NCBI GenBank assembly: GCA_030295235.1
Contig: AP026146.1
Location: forward strand, 372,001-436,000
Source of the DNA: Fistulifera solaris
Taxonomy: Eukaryota
DNA: 64,000 bases
Direction: 5' to 3'
This document shows positions 24,277-37,546 of the stretch, in pieces (position 1 is the stretch's first letter; each line of letters opens with the position of its first letter). The notes beneath the pieces are model-generated. The model did not search any database, was not told where the DNA came from, and saw nothing but the letters and a program-made list of their open reading frames with translations. The translations under genes were made by a program, and so were the position numbers.

Positions 24277-26880
24277 TCAACTCAACCAAACATCTTCCAC
24301 GTCCTTTTCGCTAAATTTGTTATTGCACGTAGGACACTTGCGACTGCGGTTACTGATTCTCTCGTCCACGCACTGCTTACAGTGCATGTGTCGACAGCGC
24401 ATGATGATGCATTCCTTGTCTCGATAGTGACAGACCGGACACGCGAGGCGATCTTTCAAAACAGAGATTTGGGTGTTGAGTTGATCCACCGTAAAACTAG
24501 AAGCCCCCACCCGGACATCTCCTCCCGCCGAACTTTGCATGATTTTGTTCAAATTCTCTTTCGCGCTCTGTGCCTCGCGCTCGGTCTGATGCAGCGAATC
24601 CAACAGTTTGCGGATCTCTTCGTCCTTCGCTTCCAATTCCGACACCAATTCGTCGCACCGCTTGACGCTGTTCTCGAACTTGGATTGCAGTACTGAAACC
24701 TTGCCGCTTCCTTCCGACAAGTCGTTGGAAAGCTTGTCGAGCTCATTCTTTATTCGAGTCGTTTCCTTTTCGGATAAAGATAACTTTTCTTCGAGTAATT
24801 CTTTCTCCTTGATCATCTCTTCGGATACTCTCGCTTTGGCATTACTCGCCAGTCGCGCGGCAAGGGCCAGCTGACTGGCACTCTTGGCTTGTTGCTCCAG
24901 ATTATCGTTTTCTAACTTGAGTTGCTCAGTCAGGCTCTTCAAGTGCAAGATGGTCGACAATGACTTCGCATTCATTTCATCCTTTTCCGTTATTTGCTGC
25001 AATAGCCGCGAGTTCGTGGCGAGAATCGCATCACGGTCTTTCTCCGCTCTTTCGAGTTTGCCTTTCAGACTGTCTAGTTTCGAGTTCAAAGTGCTGATTT
25101 CTTTTCGAGCCTTTCGATGATTCTTGTACTCTCTGTCATACTTTTCCCTTTCAACTTTGTCCATACTGGACGTTTCCTCCGCATTTCCGTCACCCTCGCT
25201 CAACCACGGCATGGCCTCGGATTTTTCTGTGGATGTATTATTATCATTCTTGCCTTGTAGGGCTGCGTATTTCGACTTGAGATCTTCCAGTTTCGATTGC
25301 AGTTCTTGGTTCAACTCCAAGGATTCTGCTAAGGTACATCGAATTGTTTCGGCCTGACGAACGTTCTCCAATGCTTGGCTCAGCTTGTGTTCCAACTCAG
25401 CTATCGTCTCAGCGTTCACAATTCTGGAAGGTTGAATGCCCGGTAAATCATCATGAGAAGCCTCCCCATCCACGTCTGTCTTCTCCGCGATCTCCGACCA
25501 ACGTTTCTCAAACTTCGTCAGCTGTTCCTCTATGGAAGCAATTGCAGACTTTTCATTGCCTATTGCTTGTGCCCACTTTTCCCGAGTGCTATCCAATTCT
25601 TTTTCTAATTCCAACACCTGTTTTTCTTTGAGCTTTAAAGACGTGCGAGTCGCTTCAAAAGACTGCAATTTTTCGGCGTCCTCTGCCGACTGCTGAGAAA
25701 GTGACAATTGATTTAATAACAACTCCTTTTCTTTCAGCTTTCCCGTCAACTGCAAGTAAACGTACAGAGAACTTTTTGGAGTGAGTAAATTCCCCCCCAA
25801 AAATACATTTTCGCATTGCGCGGCGACAAATTTCTACAACGCACCTCTTCTATTGATCTATCGCGATTTTTCAAAGTCGCTTCCAAATCGGCAATTTTCG
25901 ATTCATACTCTGTCACTTTTGATTCGGACAGTGCTGCTGCTGTTGCATCTACAGGTGATATGTTCGATGTGGCGCTAGGCGATAACTGATCCTCTTCTTG
26001 TTTCACTTTTTCTCGTGTCTCTAATCTCACTTGTAACCATTCTTCGTCCCCTCCTGGTCCAAAATCTGCATGGCTTGCTCTACCGTCAAGATCCCTACCG
26101 ATATGCGATATAAATTCCGCCTTAACTTGCGCTCTTTGCTGGCAATTTGATCACGTGCTTGGGTCAGTTCCGCTACTTGTGTTTCTAAAAACCTGGAATG
26201 CATCTGCGACTCAGCGAGTTGCTTCGCATATAGTGCGTTTTCTATTGCCGCATTGGACGGAGGAGATGAATGGAAGGCTTTCCATATGCATTCTTGCAGA
26301 GTATTGGCTCGGGCTGTCACATTGGCAGAAAGTTGTGATAAATCGCTGTAAAATTGGTCGGTGCTGTCGGCTGAAGTGCGTCCCAGACCGGCCAATGCCT
26401 CCGCGAGTGCTCGCGTCCATTCCATACTACCCGTCCCTGTCACCGCGGGTGCCCCCGAATCCATCATCAACGCCAGTCGCGGTACCGAGTCCGCTAATAA
26501 GGCGGTTTCCAACTGCGTCCAGGTAGCCTGCAAAGAGTTCAAGGCTTGACAGGCCGCCCAGCATTCTTGCCGACGGTAGTCGCGTTCTTTTCTAATGCCT
26601 TAGTAGTGTCTTGTAAGGATAGTAATTCGGTAGCCAGCGCTCGATTTTGATGCTTCAAATAAAATGCGGAATCGTCCTGATTGACTTGGGAAGCTAATGC
26701 CGTGATTCGTTTTTGTCGTTTTGCCGGTGAAGTCGGTGTAGCGACAGCATTATTTGATGAAGGTATAGCGTCATTAGGAACGGCAGATGCGCTCAATTCA
26801 AGGCGAGGAACTTTATTGGGTTCGGCAAGCGACGGCGGCGGCAGCGACTGCTTCGCTCGTTCGGCCAAGGCTCGTTTCAT
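24277..26880 (-). CDS. BRE1: BRE1/HUB-like E3 ubiquitin ligase (histone H2B monoubiquitination); intron ~25749-25843
   Basis: Long coiled coil with terminal C3HC4 RING 'CPVCHYRDKECIIMRCRHMHCKQCVDERISNRSRKCPTC'; N-terminal 'YLKHQNRALATEL'. Frame breaks at ~26590 and ~26040. Confidence 0.85.
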
Positions 26881-27411
26881 GACAGAAATTATTCTTCTTT
26901 TCTAAATCAGTCTAGGCGCAAATTCGCCTCAAACACCCAAAGAACAAGAAATCGACTCTTCAAATAAGCAATTGCAACAGTCTTCACAAATATATTGGTG
27001 ATTAATTCAAGTCTTGTTGCTGCAACAACACATCGAATGAATGGCGGGCTTTTTGTTATCGTAGCCACAAGCCGAGCCGCAAAGAGCAACGGCTCCAGAG
27101 AACAAAGGAGTCCCAGTCCCACTACAGTTCACCACAAAGTAGCTTGTTTCACTCAAGTAATTTTTAAATTCTACATTCCGTATTCCTTATGGAATCTGGA
27201 ATATTTATCGTAGCAAAAGGCAAAAACACACCCACTTTTCCACGTGGAGCGCAAATTCCCAGTTTGAACTTTTGATTTTCAAAGTGTCTCGCAAGTTTTT
27301 GCGATCCCCTCGTTTTTTCCCACACCCACACCTCACATACAAACGTCCATCGGTGTCTCTTTATTCCTGACATACCTTTCTCCACCACGAGGAATACACA
27401 CATTGAACAAC

Positions 27412-28800
27412 ATGCGCTTCTCATTATTCGTTCTCTTATCGCTGACGACGACAGAAGGCTTCACCCCCGCGCGAATGGCCCCACACCGTGCTCGTGTCGT
27501 CGTGCGTCAACAACCGATCGGTGAATTCGATGATATTTTGCGAGAAACTGCCACAACCTCTTCTCCTCCGCCGAGTCGCCGGCGTATTGAGCTCGGTAAT
27601 TTACAAAATTCTCGTACGACCGTCCTGGCGAGTAGTTTTCCCGCTCCGACGTCCATGCCAGACGAACTCACGGACGACCCGTTCGCCGACGAGTTATCGT
27701 CGTCGGAAGCACTCAACAAAATCCAATACTTGGAAGACCAGAAAACGGTCACCATGGAAAGTAAGTTGAAGTCGATGGACTTGCAAGATATCGTCACAAC
27801 CATGGTGGTACCGGGCATTGCTCTCTTTGCGGCGGGCCGTTGGGGGTACAACCGGGTGGCCGGACGCGTCACGCAATCGGCGGACGCCACCTTGGCAGCC
27901 TTTGCGAAAGAAATGTTATACCATGATGGAGATTTCAAGGAAATGGAGTTGTGCGTTAAAGATTATAACAAAAAATTGCTTTGGCTCCCAACGCGGAAAG
28001 ATGCCATGCTCAAGACGTATTTGGAAGCGTACGCCAAGAAGAAAACGGTTTCACCACAAGCGATTGCTTCCATATCGTACGTCTTTACTCTTTTCCAGCT
28101 CAATGAAGCGAAAGCCGCCGAGACTCTGGTGGCACTTTGTAAGAAAATGGGGACGGAAAAGATTTCGTCGGCAGGAAAACTCTTGTTTTTGGGGTCGAGG
28201 ATTCTTAAATCACCCGAGGGTAAGAATGCCTTGACACCCATCAAGGAACTGATCAAATCAACCTACCGAGATGCCCAGGTGGCGGAGACACTTGTGGAAA
28301 CTTCGCAACAGTAAGTATTGATGGAGTTGTTCTTGCTCTTTTGGGGATCTCCACTCATGATTGCTTTTTTAAAGTGCTATCGCCGAAGCGGCCTACCGCG
28401 CGACCGTTCAAGCGGCGGGAAAGAATCAAAAGTCACTGACCAAAGGATGGCAAGCTCTTGGCCTCGATAAGGAAAAGGCTACCCAAATTTTCGAAGAGGA
28501 AGCTAAGGAAGGCTTCATTAGTGCTCGCGAAACAATGTACGGAGGGCAAACACAAAAATATGACAAGAAAGGAAATCGTCTCAATCCCGATGGTTCGTAC
28601 GAAAACCCCGAGGACGCCAAGAAAGCAGAGGAAGAAAGTAGCGAAGATACGGTCAGCAATGTTTATGAGTGTGGAGAATGTGGCTACACTTTGTTTATTG
28701 CACAAGGAAGGGAGACAAAGTTTTTCGGAGAGGATTTCGATGCCCCGAATGTGGGGCATCCAAAGATAAATTCAATGCTCGAGACGATGTCGAGGATTAA
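27412..28800 (+). CDS. Plastid-targeted membrane protein with C-terminal rubredoxin-like domain; intron 28311-28374
   Basis: Presequence MRFSLFVLLSLTTTEG-FTP; one TM segment; helical body. C-terminus 'YECGECGYTLFIAQGRETKFFGEDF(R)CPECGASKDKF' after a one-base fix at ~28738. Confidence 0.8.
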
Positions 28801-29075
28801 ACGTTCTGAACACCAGTTTCTTGAGCGTGATCTACTAACAAGATGTCGTTCTTCATTTGTAGCTGATGACTTTGTATCGTACACAATTATCGCTTCGTGC
28901 CTTGAAGAAATATTGTTTTCTCGTTCCATTCGCTATGGAGTGTAGGTTTACAAGGACGTTCAACAAGATACTTTGTATATTTTCTAAGGTCTCCTTGCTC
29001 CTTGTTCACATTCTATGTCCATTAGATAACTCGTGAGTGCCAATATGCACGACGTATGCTGACGACTGCACCAGC

Positions 29076-29172
29076 GGTACAGTTCCGGTACCGGTACTGT
29101 ACCAAGGACGTTAAAATTCTCCCTCCAGTACAAGATTCTACGTAGCGTCCACGACCACGCAGAATTTTAACG
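29076..29172. repeat. 28-bp near-perfect palindrome plus 12-bp inverted repeat
   Basis: ggtacagttccggtaccggtactgtacc (29076-29103, one mismatched pair); cgttaaaattct (29109-29120) / agaattttaacg (29161-29172). Confidence 0.85.
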
Positions 29173-29437
29173 ACATTTCAATACCAGGAAAAATAATGAT
29201 GCAAAGGACCGGTGCTGTGTACTTATATCCATGCTACAATGTACATAACGTCTTACCCTTTGCAAGTATAATTGGTACGACACAGTCTTATTTCAAGTTT
29301 AACTATTTAAACGTTCGCTAACGCCTCTGTACCACTTCAACGTTTTTCTTTTCCGACACGAGCCTTCGAAGCGAAACGACTCAAAATTCAAAAGACACAA
29401 TAGCAATCTGACAAACCATTCGTACGAAAGAACGATC

Positions 29438-30151
29438 ATGGACTCTCCTGCTTGGTTACAAGACTCTTCTGCTACTACTCCCGCTCCCGCTCCACAAGTA
29501 GCTGTAGCTCCGGTCGCTCCCGTGAACATTGGTGATGACGAGCAAGCCGAGCCCGACCTTCCGGGTGTCATTCTCACCATGAGACTTGCGAACATGGGTG
29601 TTGCTGCCGCCATGATCGCTATCTCGGTATGTTCTCTCGTGAGCGTCTAGTTGAATATAAAGGATTCATTCTAACACATTCGTTTGGGCTCAAGGTGATT
29701 GGATTGATTGGTTTTCCAGGTGCATCTGTAAGTCGTTAAATCAATTTTCGTCGCTTTTTTCGATTATGATTTCTGACAAACTTGTTTCACAATAGACATT
29801 TGTATTATCACTTTACGCAATCGTCGGTTCTACGTTAATTTGCTGCTTGGAGACGCAACTTAAATTCGTCCGAGTGATGATTGCTGTGAATTTCGGCTTT
29901 TGTTCAGTTCGATCTGGCGGTTTCTGTTTTACTTGCTGTTGGCGTCTATTGCATTCAGCTACGAAAAATTGCGGGGACAGGTTGTCGGAGCTGCTTTTGT
30001 TGCGGTGGCTTTTTACAATACCTATGTACTCTGTCGTTATCCTTCGTACCGGAAAATAAGGGAAAAAATTGCCGAAGAAGAAGATCGTCGCATTGAAGCC
30101 CGAATTAGCAAGGAGGTAAAGAAGCAGATGGCAAGTCAAGTCATGAAGTAG
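29438..30151 (+). CDS. COPI-associated / TVP15-like Golgi membrane protein; introns 29627-29694 and 29728-29795
   Basis: 'LICCLETQLKFVRVMIAVNFGFLFSSIWRFLFYLLL', about 4 TM helices; 33-nt internal exon; frame break in the T-run ~29898. Confidence 0.75.
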
Positions 30152-30281
30152 TGTTGCAATCAAAGTACTTAAAAGAAGTTTTGCTCATGCTCTACAGTAA
30201 GTAGTATTTTTTGAATACGAAAATTCGTTGTTCTCTGGCTATCTATGTAATGGTTTAGCCCCAAGGAGAGAAACAAGATCA

Positions 30282-32175
30282 TTATGCAAATCGAACCCTA
30301 GAGATTCGTCTTGTGGCAGCGGCTGTTCGACCGCGAGTCCCACCAACAACATATATGAGTCCTTTCATGCTTCGACGTCGCGACACTTCTTTCCGCTTGG
30401 GCTTTTCGAAGAGCTTCAACTCATCTTCTACAGAAAGGGGCCCCAACCTCAAATCGCTTTTTCGTCGTTCCACCCGATTCTTGAAGCGCTCTTTCTCACG
30501 AGCTACAGCGTCAACGTAGTCCATTTCGCTAAAGTAATCTTGTGAAATAGCTCGCCAGTCTCGTTTCGACCCTGACTCACTATGTTTCCTAGTTAGCTCC
30601 AGTTTCTGCATGATATCTGCAGTTCCTGTGAGAAGCGTTGGTACAAGTGTTCTGCTGCGTTCTTCAAGTGCTTGACGGAAGGTGGGAAGGGAAAAGACTC
30701 CTCGTGGAGATGATCGCAGTACGATTTCCATTGCCGCTTTTCGAAGGAAGGGTAATTCGTTTCCCGTAGTTCGTTTCTGTGACTCGCAAGCTTCGAGCGC
30801 ATCAACAACTGTATTCACACCAACGAGTTGGGCTGCAGCAACCTCACACATGAGAGCCAGGCGAGGCAGAGCAGCCTCTTCGGCTAAAAAGCAAAGCGGA
30901 AAGCGCTGTCTGAAATGTCACTGTGGGTTCTCGCGATTCCCAATTTACTTTCTCAAGCAAAAACTTCGTGCTTGCTTTGACGAAAGCCTCAAAGCCAAGA
31001 GACTCAACGCGATTCGTATAAATGTATTCAACAAGTATTCGAACAGCATCTGGGCCGTAGTTTGGAATTGTTACGCGGAGCAACCGAGGCCGGTTGACTT
31101 CAAGATCGGATGCCACAGATGAATCATCCATTTCATTTCTAACGTTGTGTGCTTCTTGCTGATTCTCCTCGTCAAACGACACTAGATCATCATCATCATC
31201 AATTTCTATCTCTGCGGCCTCCATATGATTGGGTCGTATCGATATGTTATGAACGTTCATTGGCTCGATCTCATCTTCATCTTCTGACCCTTTAAGGATA
31301 GCAGGAGGAATTTTCGTATGCTGAGTACTATCCTGGCCATTAGGCGTTGCATCAACAGATACGACACTACGACGGTCCTGCTCGTGACGAGCAGAAGCAA
31401 TCATTCTTCCAAGCCAGGGGCACCGCTTCGAGACAATGCCCGCGTGACATTGTAGTCCTGTCGTTATTAACCTCTGCACCGTGCCAGATTCGTCAACAAC
31501 AACTCCTTGACAATCCAATTCGACATCAGCATACCGCGTTGCAACGCCGCCGATTGGCAACATACTGCGAAGGTGGATGAAAAAGTTCCGATCGATATCT
31601 CTCTGGAGTCGTCGCAAATTCATATCTGCTTGTCGTTGCTTCGAACTTTCTGCACGCACGGTGATACGATCGTTTTTCATCAACGCGGCATCTTCTGCTT
31701 TATCGTGAGGTGATAGCAGTTCGCTGTGCGAAAATTCAAGGTCTTTGAGTGCAACCACTTTGCTAGCCCCTCGCTTCTCATTACAAAATTCAACAAATCG
31801 CTCAAAGACTGTTCCCAGTTTCGTGTTCTTGTCCAGACCGATTTGGACGACGATCCCAGGCTTCAAAATAGGGTGATCCCGAAATTCGACTAAGGGATCG
31901 CTGCAAGAAAAAGAAAAGAACCTTTGAAAGAAATGTGAGTAAACGCTCAATCTCCTCGGACGAGCGAACCCTCAAAAGAGGCTCGTCATACTTACTATAT
32001 CAGCTTCAATAGCACTACGTCGTTCGGAAGGACGCTCCACCGGTTCTGCAACGCCTCCATCATATAAGCCGTCGTTTTCTTCCACTCGATCTTCTTCTTC
32101 GTCGTCCTCGTCATCTTCCTCTTCTTCGGGACGGGGAACGACCGCTTGACCTGGCTCTATTTCATCGACGTTCAT
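30282..32175 (-). CDS. SUMO/ubiquitin-like domain + BTB/POZ domain protein; intron ~31901-31995
   Basis: SUMO-like 'IGLDKNTKLGTVFERFVEF...LEFSHSELLSPHDKAEDAALMKNDRITV'. BTB motifs 'YADVELDC', 'CHAGIVSKRCPWLGRMI', 'PDAVRILVEYIYTN', 'LAEEAALPRLSHMCE'. Frame break at ~30886. Confidence 0.8.
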
Positions 32176-32649
32176 TGCGCTATTTTATTTCTCTTCAACT
32201 GGTCACCACAGCCAATCAATGGATGATGCTTCAAATAAATTGTTGTTGATAAGGATTGTAATCGTTGCTCTGTAAACGGTTAATAGAACATTAAGAAGAT
32301 CGAGCACCAGTGAAGAAACATGAAAATAATACCTGGTGAGCACCAACGCATGTGCAGCCGTCCTTGTGTGCAGCAATAAAAGGGCTTTCGAACTCTCTGG
32401 ACTGAAAGTATCGACCCGGGACCGGAAACAGCATAGCCCACAGTTAAGACGCACGTAGCATCACTCCTCTTTCTACTCCCAAAACGTAAACTACCTCCTT
32501 CCTTATTTGTCTTTCCTCTCGCTTTACTTTTTGTTGCATCTCAAGACAAATGGAACAAATTGACCATCGACTTGCATTTGGCAACGGATCTCTAGAAAAT
32601 AAAAGCAATTGCTACTACCCATCAACCGAAGGAAAAAGAAGCCCTAATC

Positions 32650-33281
32650 ATGGATGACGAAGCCCAAATGAGGCCGGAAGATTTCGCTTACTTGCAAACT
32701 CTTCCGGGTAACGATGTATGCGTCGATTGCGGTAACCACAAACCTGATTGGGGCTCTCCGAAATTGGGTATCTTGTTTTGCTTCGATTGCAGTGGTAGAC
32801 ATAGGTATGTGTGCTCGAAATTCCCAAGTTCAGGATTCGCGTCTCTTAAAGTGTTGTTCCTTCTACAAAATGATATACAAAGAGGCTTAGGGACACACTT
32901 AAGTTTCGTACGGTCCGTCGCGATGGACCGGTGGTCAGAGAAGCAAATCAAATTGATGAAAGCCGGAGGAAATAAGCAAATCAACGATTTTCTTGAAGAG
33001 TATCAGATTAAAACCAAAAGACTACCGCGAAAGAAAAATACGACAATCCGGTCGCAGAATTGTATCGACAAAAACTAGATGCACGAGTGGAGGGAAGAAT
33101 AGAACCGACGGAGCTTCCAGAAGTTCAGGTGAAAACAGATTTGCCTCTAAAGAAAATGGAAGGGTTCGGAAGTAGTCCTCCTCCGCCCCGGTCTGCTTCG
33201 CATACTGGTCGAAATATGGCATTGGGCGGATTAGCTGTAGCCATCGTCGGCGTTGGAGCATGGTTAGTGTTACAGCAATGA
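32650..33281 (+). CDS. ADP-ribosylation factor GTPase-activating protein (ArfGAP); intron 32805-32882
   Basis: CVDC-x16-CFDCSGRHR|GLGTHLSFVRSVAMDRW...MKAGGN; frame break at ~33010; hydrophobic C-terminal segment. Confidence 0.9.
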
Positions 33282-35670
33282 ACACTCTTTTTGAATCGAT
33301 TACAGAAGCGGTAAAAGTCAGGTCTGTAGTCAGTGAATGCCTCATGTTACCTGGTAGACTAATTAATGTTTGCTAGATTTTTACTGTTATGATAATTTTA
33401 AACAACAAACAGGGTTTTATGCCATAGCTTGGCTTGTATTGTACTAACGGTTGATTTAAGAGCTTTATTTCGATGATTTTTCTAATAGGTACCGTAGCCG
33501 ACCTATTTTAACATCATTTAACTCTACATCACTCTACTACATTCTACACAGCAACGTAGTATGGTGTCTCGAGCCAAAGCAAAAGTCGAGAACCAAGCCA
33601 AGACGCTGATCCACGAGTCAAAAAAATAACGGTGACGGTATCTGTATAGTGTGTTATGTACTTCCAAAAATTGGCCAGGACTTTCGGAACGGAAAAGCAA
33701 AATTTACAGTTCGCAATATACTTATCTTCGAAGATGGTCTCTGTTTATGTCATTTTATGGTACTATAGAAATTCTGATAGAAGAACTGTCACGTGTTTAT
33801 TGCTCGAAATTTTTCGGCTTCGTAATAGAATCCGTTCAACGGTGGCATGCGCGCTTAAGTAAGAAACGCCGTGACGATTTGAATTCGAATGGACTTGCAC
33901 CAACTCGTCGGAATTGGAGAGGTCATCCAAGCGTGGCCAGCGGCAGCCACCAACCAACGACATAACAGCGAGCCGCCAGCGAAGTAATAGCCTTCGTCAA
34001 CATTCATTTGTTGCACAGACCTGCTTTTTCCAAGCTGCAACAAACGTTTCTATCATTACATTGAAACATGACGTTCCAGTCCAGAATCTGTACCCTTTGC
34101 ATCGCCGTGTGTCTCCTAATCGCCAGCGTAGCGGCTGACGAGAAAACCCATCCGGTTACGCCGCCAGATAGTTGCCCTTGGTGACGGCGATGTTGCCAAG
34201 CAACCTCGTGGTGAATTCCTGGAAAACCTCTGGAGTGGCGATGCTTTTCAACCTGAGCGTCATTTGGGTGCTGGTCGACCGGATAGCTATGACATGAGTA
34301 TGAGCATGAGTATGAGCTTTGATTATTACTTCTAAAAAGCAACCCTTTTTCGCGAAATAGTATATTGAATATGGACGTCGGGATGTTTTGCGTGCATCTG
34401 TGCTCTTGGTGTTCGCAGGATAAACTCTATAACAAGTCCATATTACATCTGTGGAAAAAATAATGCCTCATTTGAATGTGTTATTCGCCAGTTTGTCGAG
34501 GAAGTCTGATCATTTCTTTGTGTTTAGTGTTTCGTCAATTGAGACTCTTTAGAACAGTTGTTTCTCATCGTAAGAGGCAATTATTCTTTAAGATCTACGT
34601 TTGGAGAACGTCCTTGTTTATGGAGATAGCACAATCTCTCTGACTCCTAACCTCCAAATGCGGAACCAAGAGTTAGCTCTTATCTACCTAGATCATGATG
34701 ATGTACGATATCATGCTAGAGAGCGGATGAATAGAATCGCTCTTTAGAGTTTGGTTAGGCAAAGAGGTGAGGAACCGGTACCAATACGTCCAAAGATGTG
34801 AGTATGAGTAGGGACCATCCACGGCTACAAGGCGCACTTTTTGACGTAGATGGATGCTATCACGAGAGATAAAGAAAGGCTTTGTTCATGCGTTTTTTGT
34901 TCGTGCTCAACGACTGCCGCCTCCAACCTTTAAAAATTATACTCCGTAATAGACTACCGACCGAATACGTCCTTAGACTCAACACACACCTGGGCTTCCT
35001 CCACGTAAGTCATAGGAATGACGACGGAGGACGGACAGGGCCGTCATCCGTGATCCGTGAGCGTGCCATGGGCGTGTCGTCTGGTACAAGTATATGCGTA
35101 TGGCATATTCTGTAGATGGAAATGTCGAGGGTCATTTTTGGCCTTTCCGTACTTGATAGAGGATGTACTAAATGTGACTGGAGTAACGAGTAAGAATGTC
35201 GGAATTGTGCCCCTGACAGTCCTCTCAAGTGTAATGCTCCAGTTTTTTGTTTTTTCGCCGTTGGTATAACTGAAAAGCCTCCGCAAAGCAAAATGCGCCG
35301 CCTCCATGACCGCCATCTCTGACACGAACGACGCGTTTGTTTTGTGGAGCAAACAATAGGAAGTAGTTGATGTTGCATGCCTGTAATCTGATCATCTTCT
35401 TGAAAGCATCTGTTGCTTATTGCTCGTTTTACACTGCACGATCGCGTTTCTAAGCCTGCAGATCGTCCAAATTGTAAAGGAAATTACACTATTTGCTGGA
35501 GCTTTAGAGCAGTCGATCAAAGAAAAGCTCAGCCCTTTCCGCAAGGTGACATTATCGGCAGAGTTTGCCCTCGTTCATAAGAGTATCTCGCTCAGATCTC
35601 AACAGATTATCAGCTAAGGATAGACACGTCAAAATAGTCGCACAGGGGACGAGACATCAATTGCAACATC

Positions 35671-37546
35671 ATGGGGTCTGAAACAGTAGAAGAGCCTCGA
35701 AAAGATCAGGATACAAAGATAGTGGATGTCCGCGATTCCGACGTATTGTGCGGACGAGGTGGAGCTGCACTTCGTCATGCCGGCAATCAAACGTACCGCC
35801 GACTGGTAAATCTCAACAAAGGGCTTTATATAACATGCTTGAAAACGGAAAAATTGAAAATCAGCCGATCCATTGTGGCCGCCATCCGAGAACAAAACGG
35901 GCGATTCTTGGAAAAGGATGCCAATGACGACACATGGTACGATATTGGCGACAAGAAAGCCATCGAAAAGACATCGCAGGCGTTGAGAGAAAACCAACCA
36001 AAGTTAAGACAAAAGATTGTCGAGATGGGTGGAGGCGTTGCTGGAACTGCAGCCTTTATGGAGTCTCAGTACGGTCACCCAGGTATTTACAACCCAGAAC
36101 AAGTCGGACTCACTCCAGTGAGCTTGGACAGCACCAGCAGAGGCACTTCGGCGGGAAATACTATGCCTCAACATTCGGTTCAAAGTTACCACCCACAAGA
36201 AATGCGTACGATGCAAAGTCTCCAAGTCATGCATCCTTCGCATCAATATCATGGTGACACGAACCCAGATGCTATGTTATCTCGTCTTTCTATCAGCGAG
36301 AATCCTAGAGGGTCCTCCTTTCAGGCGCCGTTTCCAGTACAATCCATGCAACCAGTGCAACCGTTTCAACGGATGGGGGCAGGTGCATTGCATGCAAATT
36401 CGAGCGGTATGATGGCAGGCGCTACCTCGAATCACACCGACCGTTACGCGAGATCCAACCTTTCCATGGACCTGGCGCAACGCGGTTCGCCGAACCCGCA
36501 TAACATGCAACAACGCGTGCAACGGCTGCGCCCAGGTTTGTACAACCGAGACTCACATTCGGGGAAAGAATTGGGCTTTTCACTGCAGATGGATTCGAGT
36601 ATATCGTTAATGTCGGAGATATCTCAGTTTGGGTCGGGAGAGATTTCTCAGTTTGCTTCTGCAGAATTTCCTGGCACGGCGACAAATGAAGCACAACGAG
36701 CACAAGGCCATCTTGGGGATAGATATAATAATGGCTCAACAATGCCGAATGAGAGTTTTGCTATGGATTCGTCTTTCAAGAACACGTTAGCGGGCATGTC
36801 ACTTCCTGATCATAGCACCCATCTGGATTCTACTTCGACGCATTCTATGGATATAAGCGCACACAATCCCATTCCGCTCTCGGCCGCTCTGGATGGGTCG
36901 TCGGCAACACGAAATGGAGGTGGTAGTTTTCACCATAACTATGCGGGGACGTATATCGATCGTCGTGAAATACTGAAAAATATGAAATATACCAGGCCTT
37001 CAGAGAGTAAGAACCACCCGTACTCTCAAGCCAGTCTTAATGATGACATTAACATGCTGGAAAGTAATCACACTTTGATGTCGGGAAGTTCAAATATGAC
37101 TGGCTTTTCGGAAGACAAGGATTTTATGAGCAAGAAAGGCAATCCCTATGTTCCTCCCAAGCCTCTCGTAGAAACTGCGAAAGTTATCGATCACAGTCGA
37201 TTGGGTGACACATTACGTATGTCAAGGCACGGAGATCAGCTGGCTGCTGATTCGCGACATTCTATCATGTCGGGTCTCTCTCGTATCAGCGATACGTCTT
37301 TCGACCAGTCCATTTTTTCTGACTTGAGTCGGAAGATCGGAAACGTTTCAACAAGATCGCTTACGCCGAGTGAGATCTCGGCGATGGACATGCCTGAGCG
37401 TTTGAACGAAGAGGGGGGAGACGAATGGCATTGGGCAGCAACATCGAACAGACCCAGACCCTAGCGAGTCGGAAGTTCCAGACGACGTAGATGATCTTCC
37501 TCCAAGGGAAACAAGAACGGACGCACCTGTTGAATTTAAGCTCTGA
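35671..37546 (+). CDS. DUF6824-domain protein (diatom-expanded putative DNA-binding regulator)
   Basis: 'DVLCGRGGAALRHAGNQTYRRLVN...KLKISRSIVAAIREQNGRFLEKD...WYDIGDKKAIEKTSQALRE'. The ORF stops at 37464 as given; a G-run correction at ~37414 would extend it to 37546. Confidence 0.85.
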
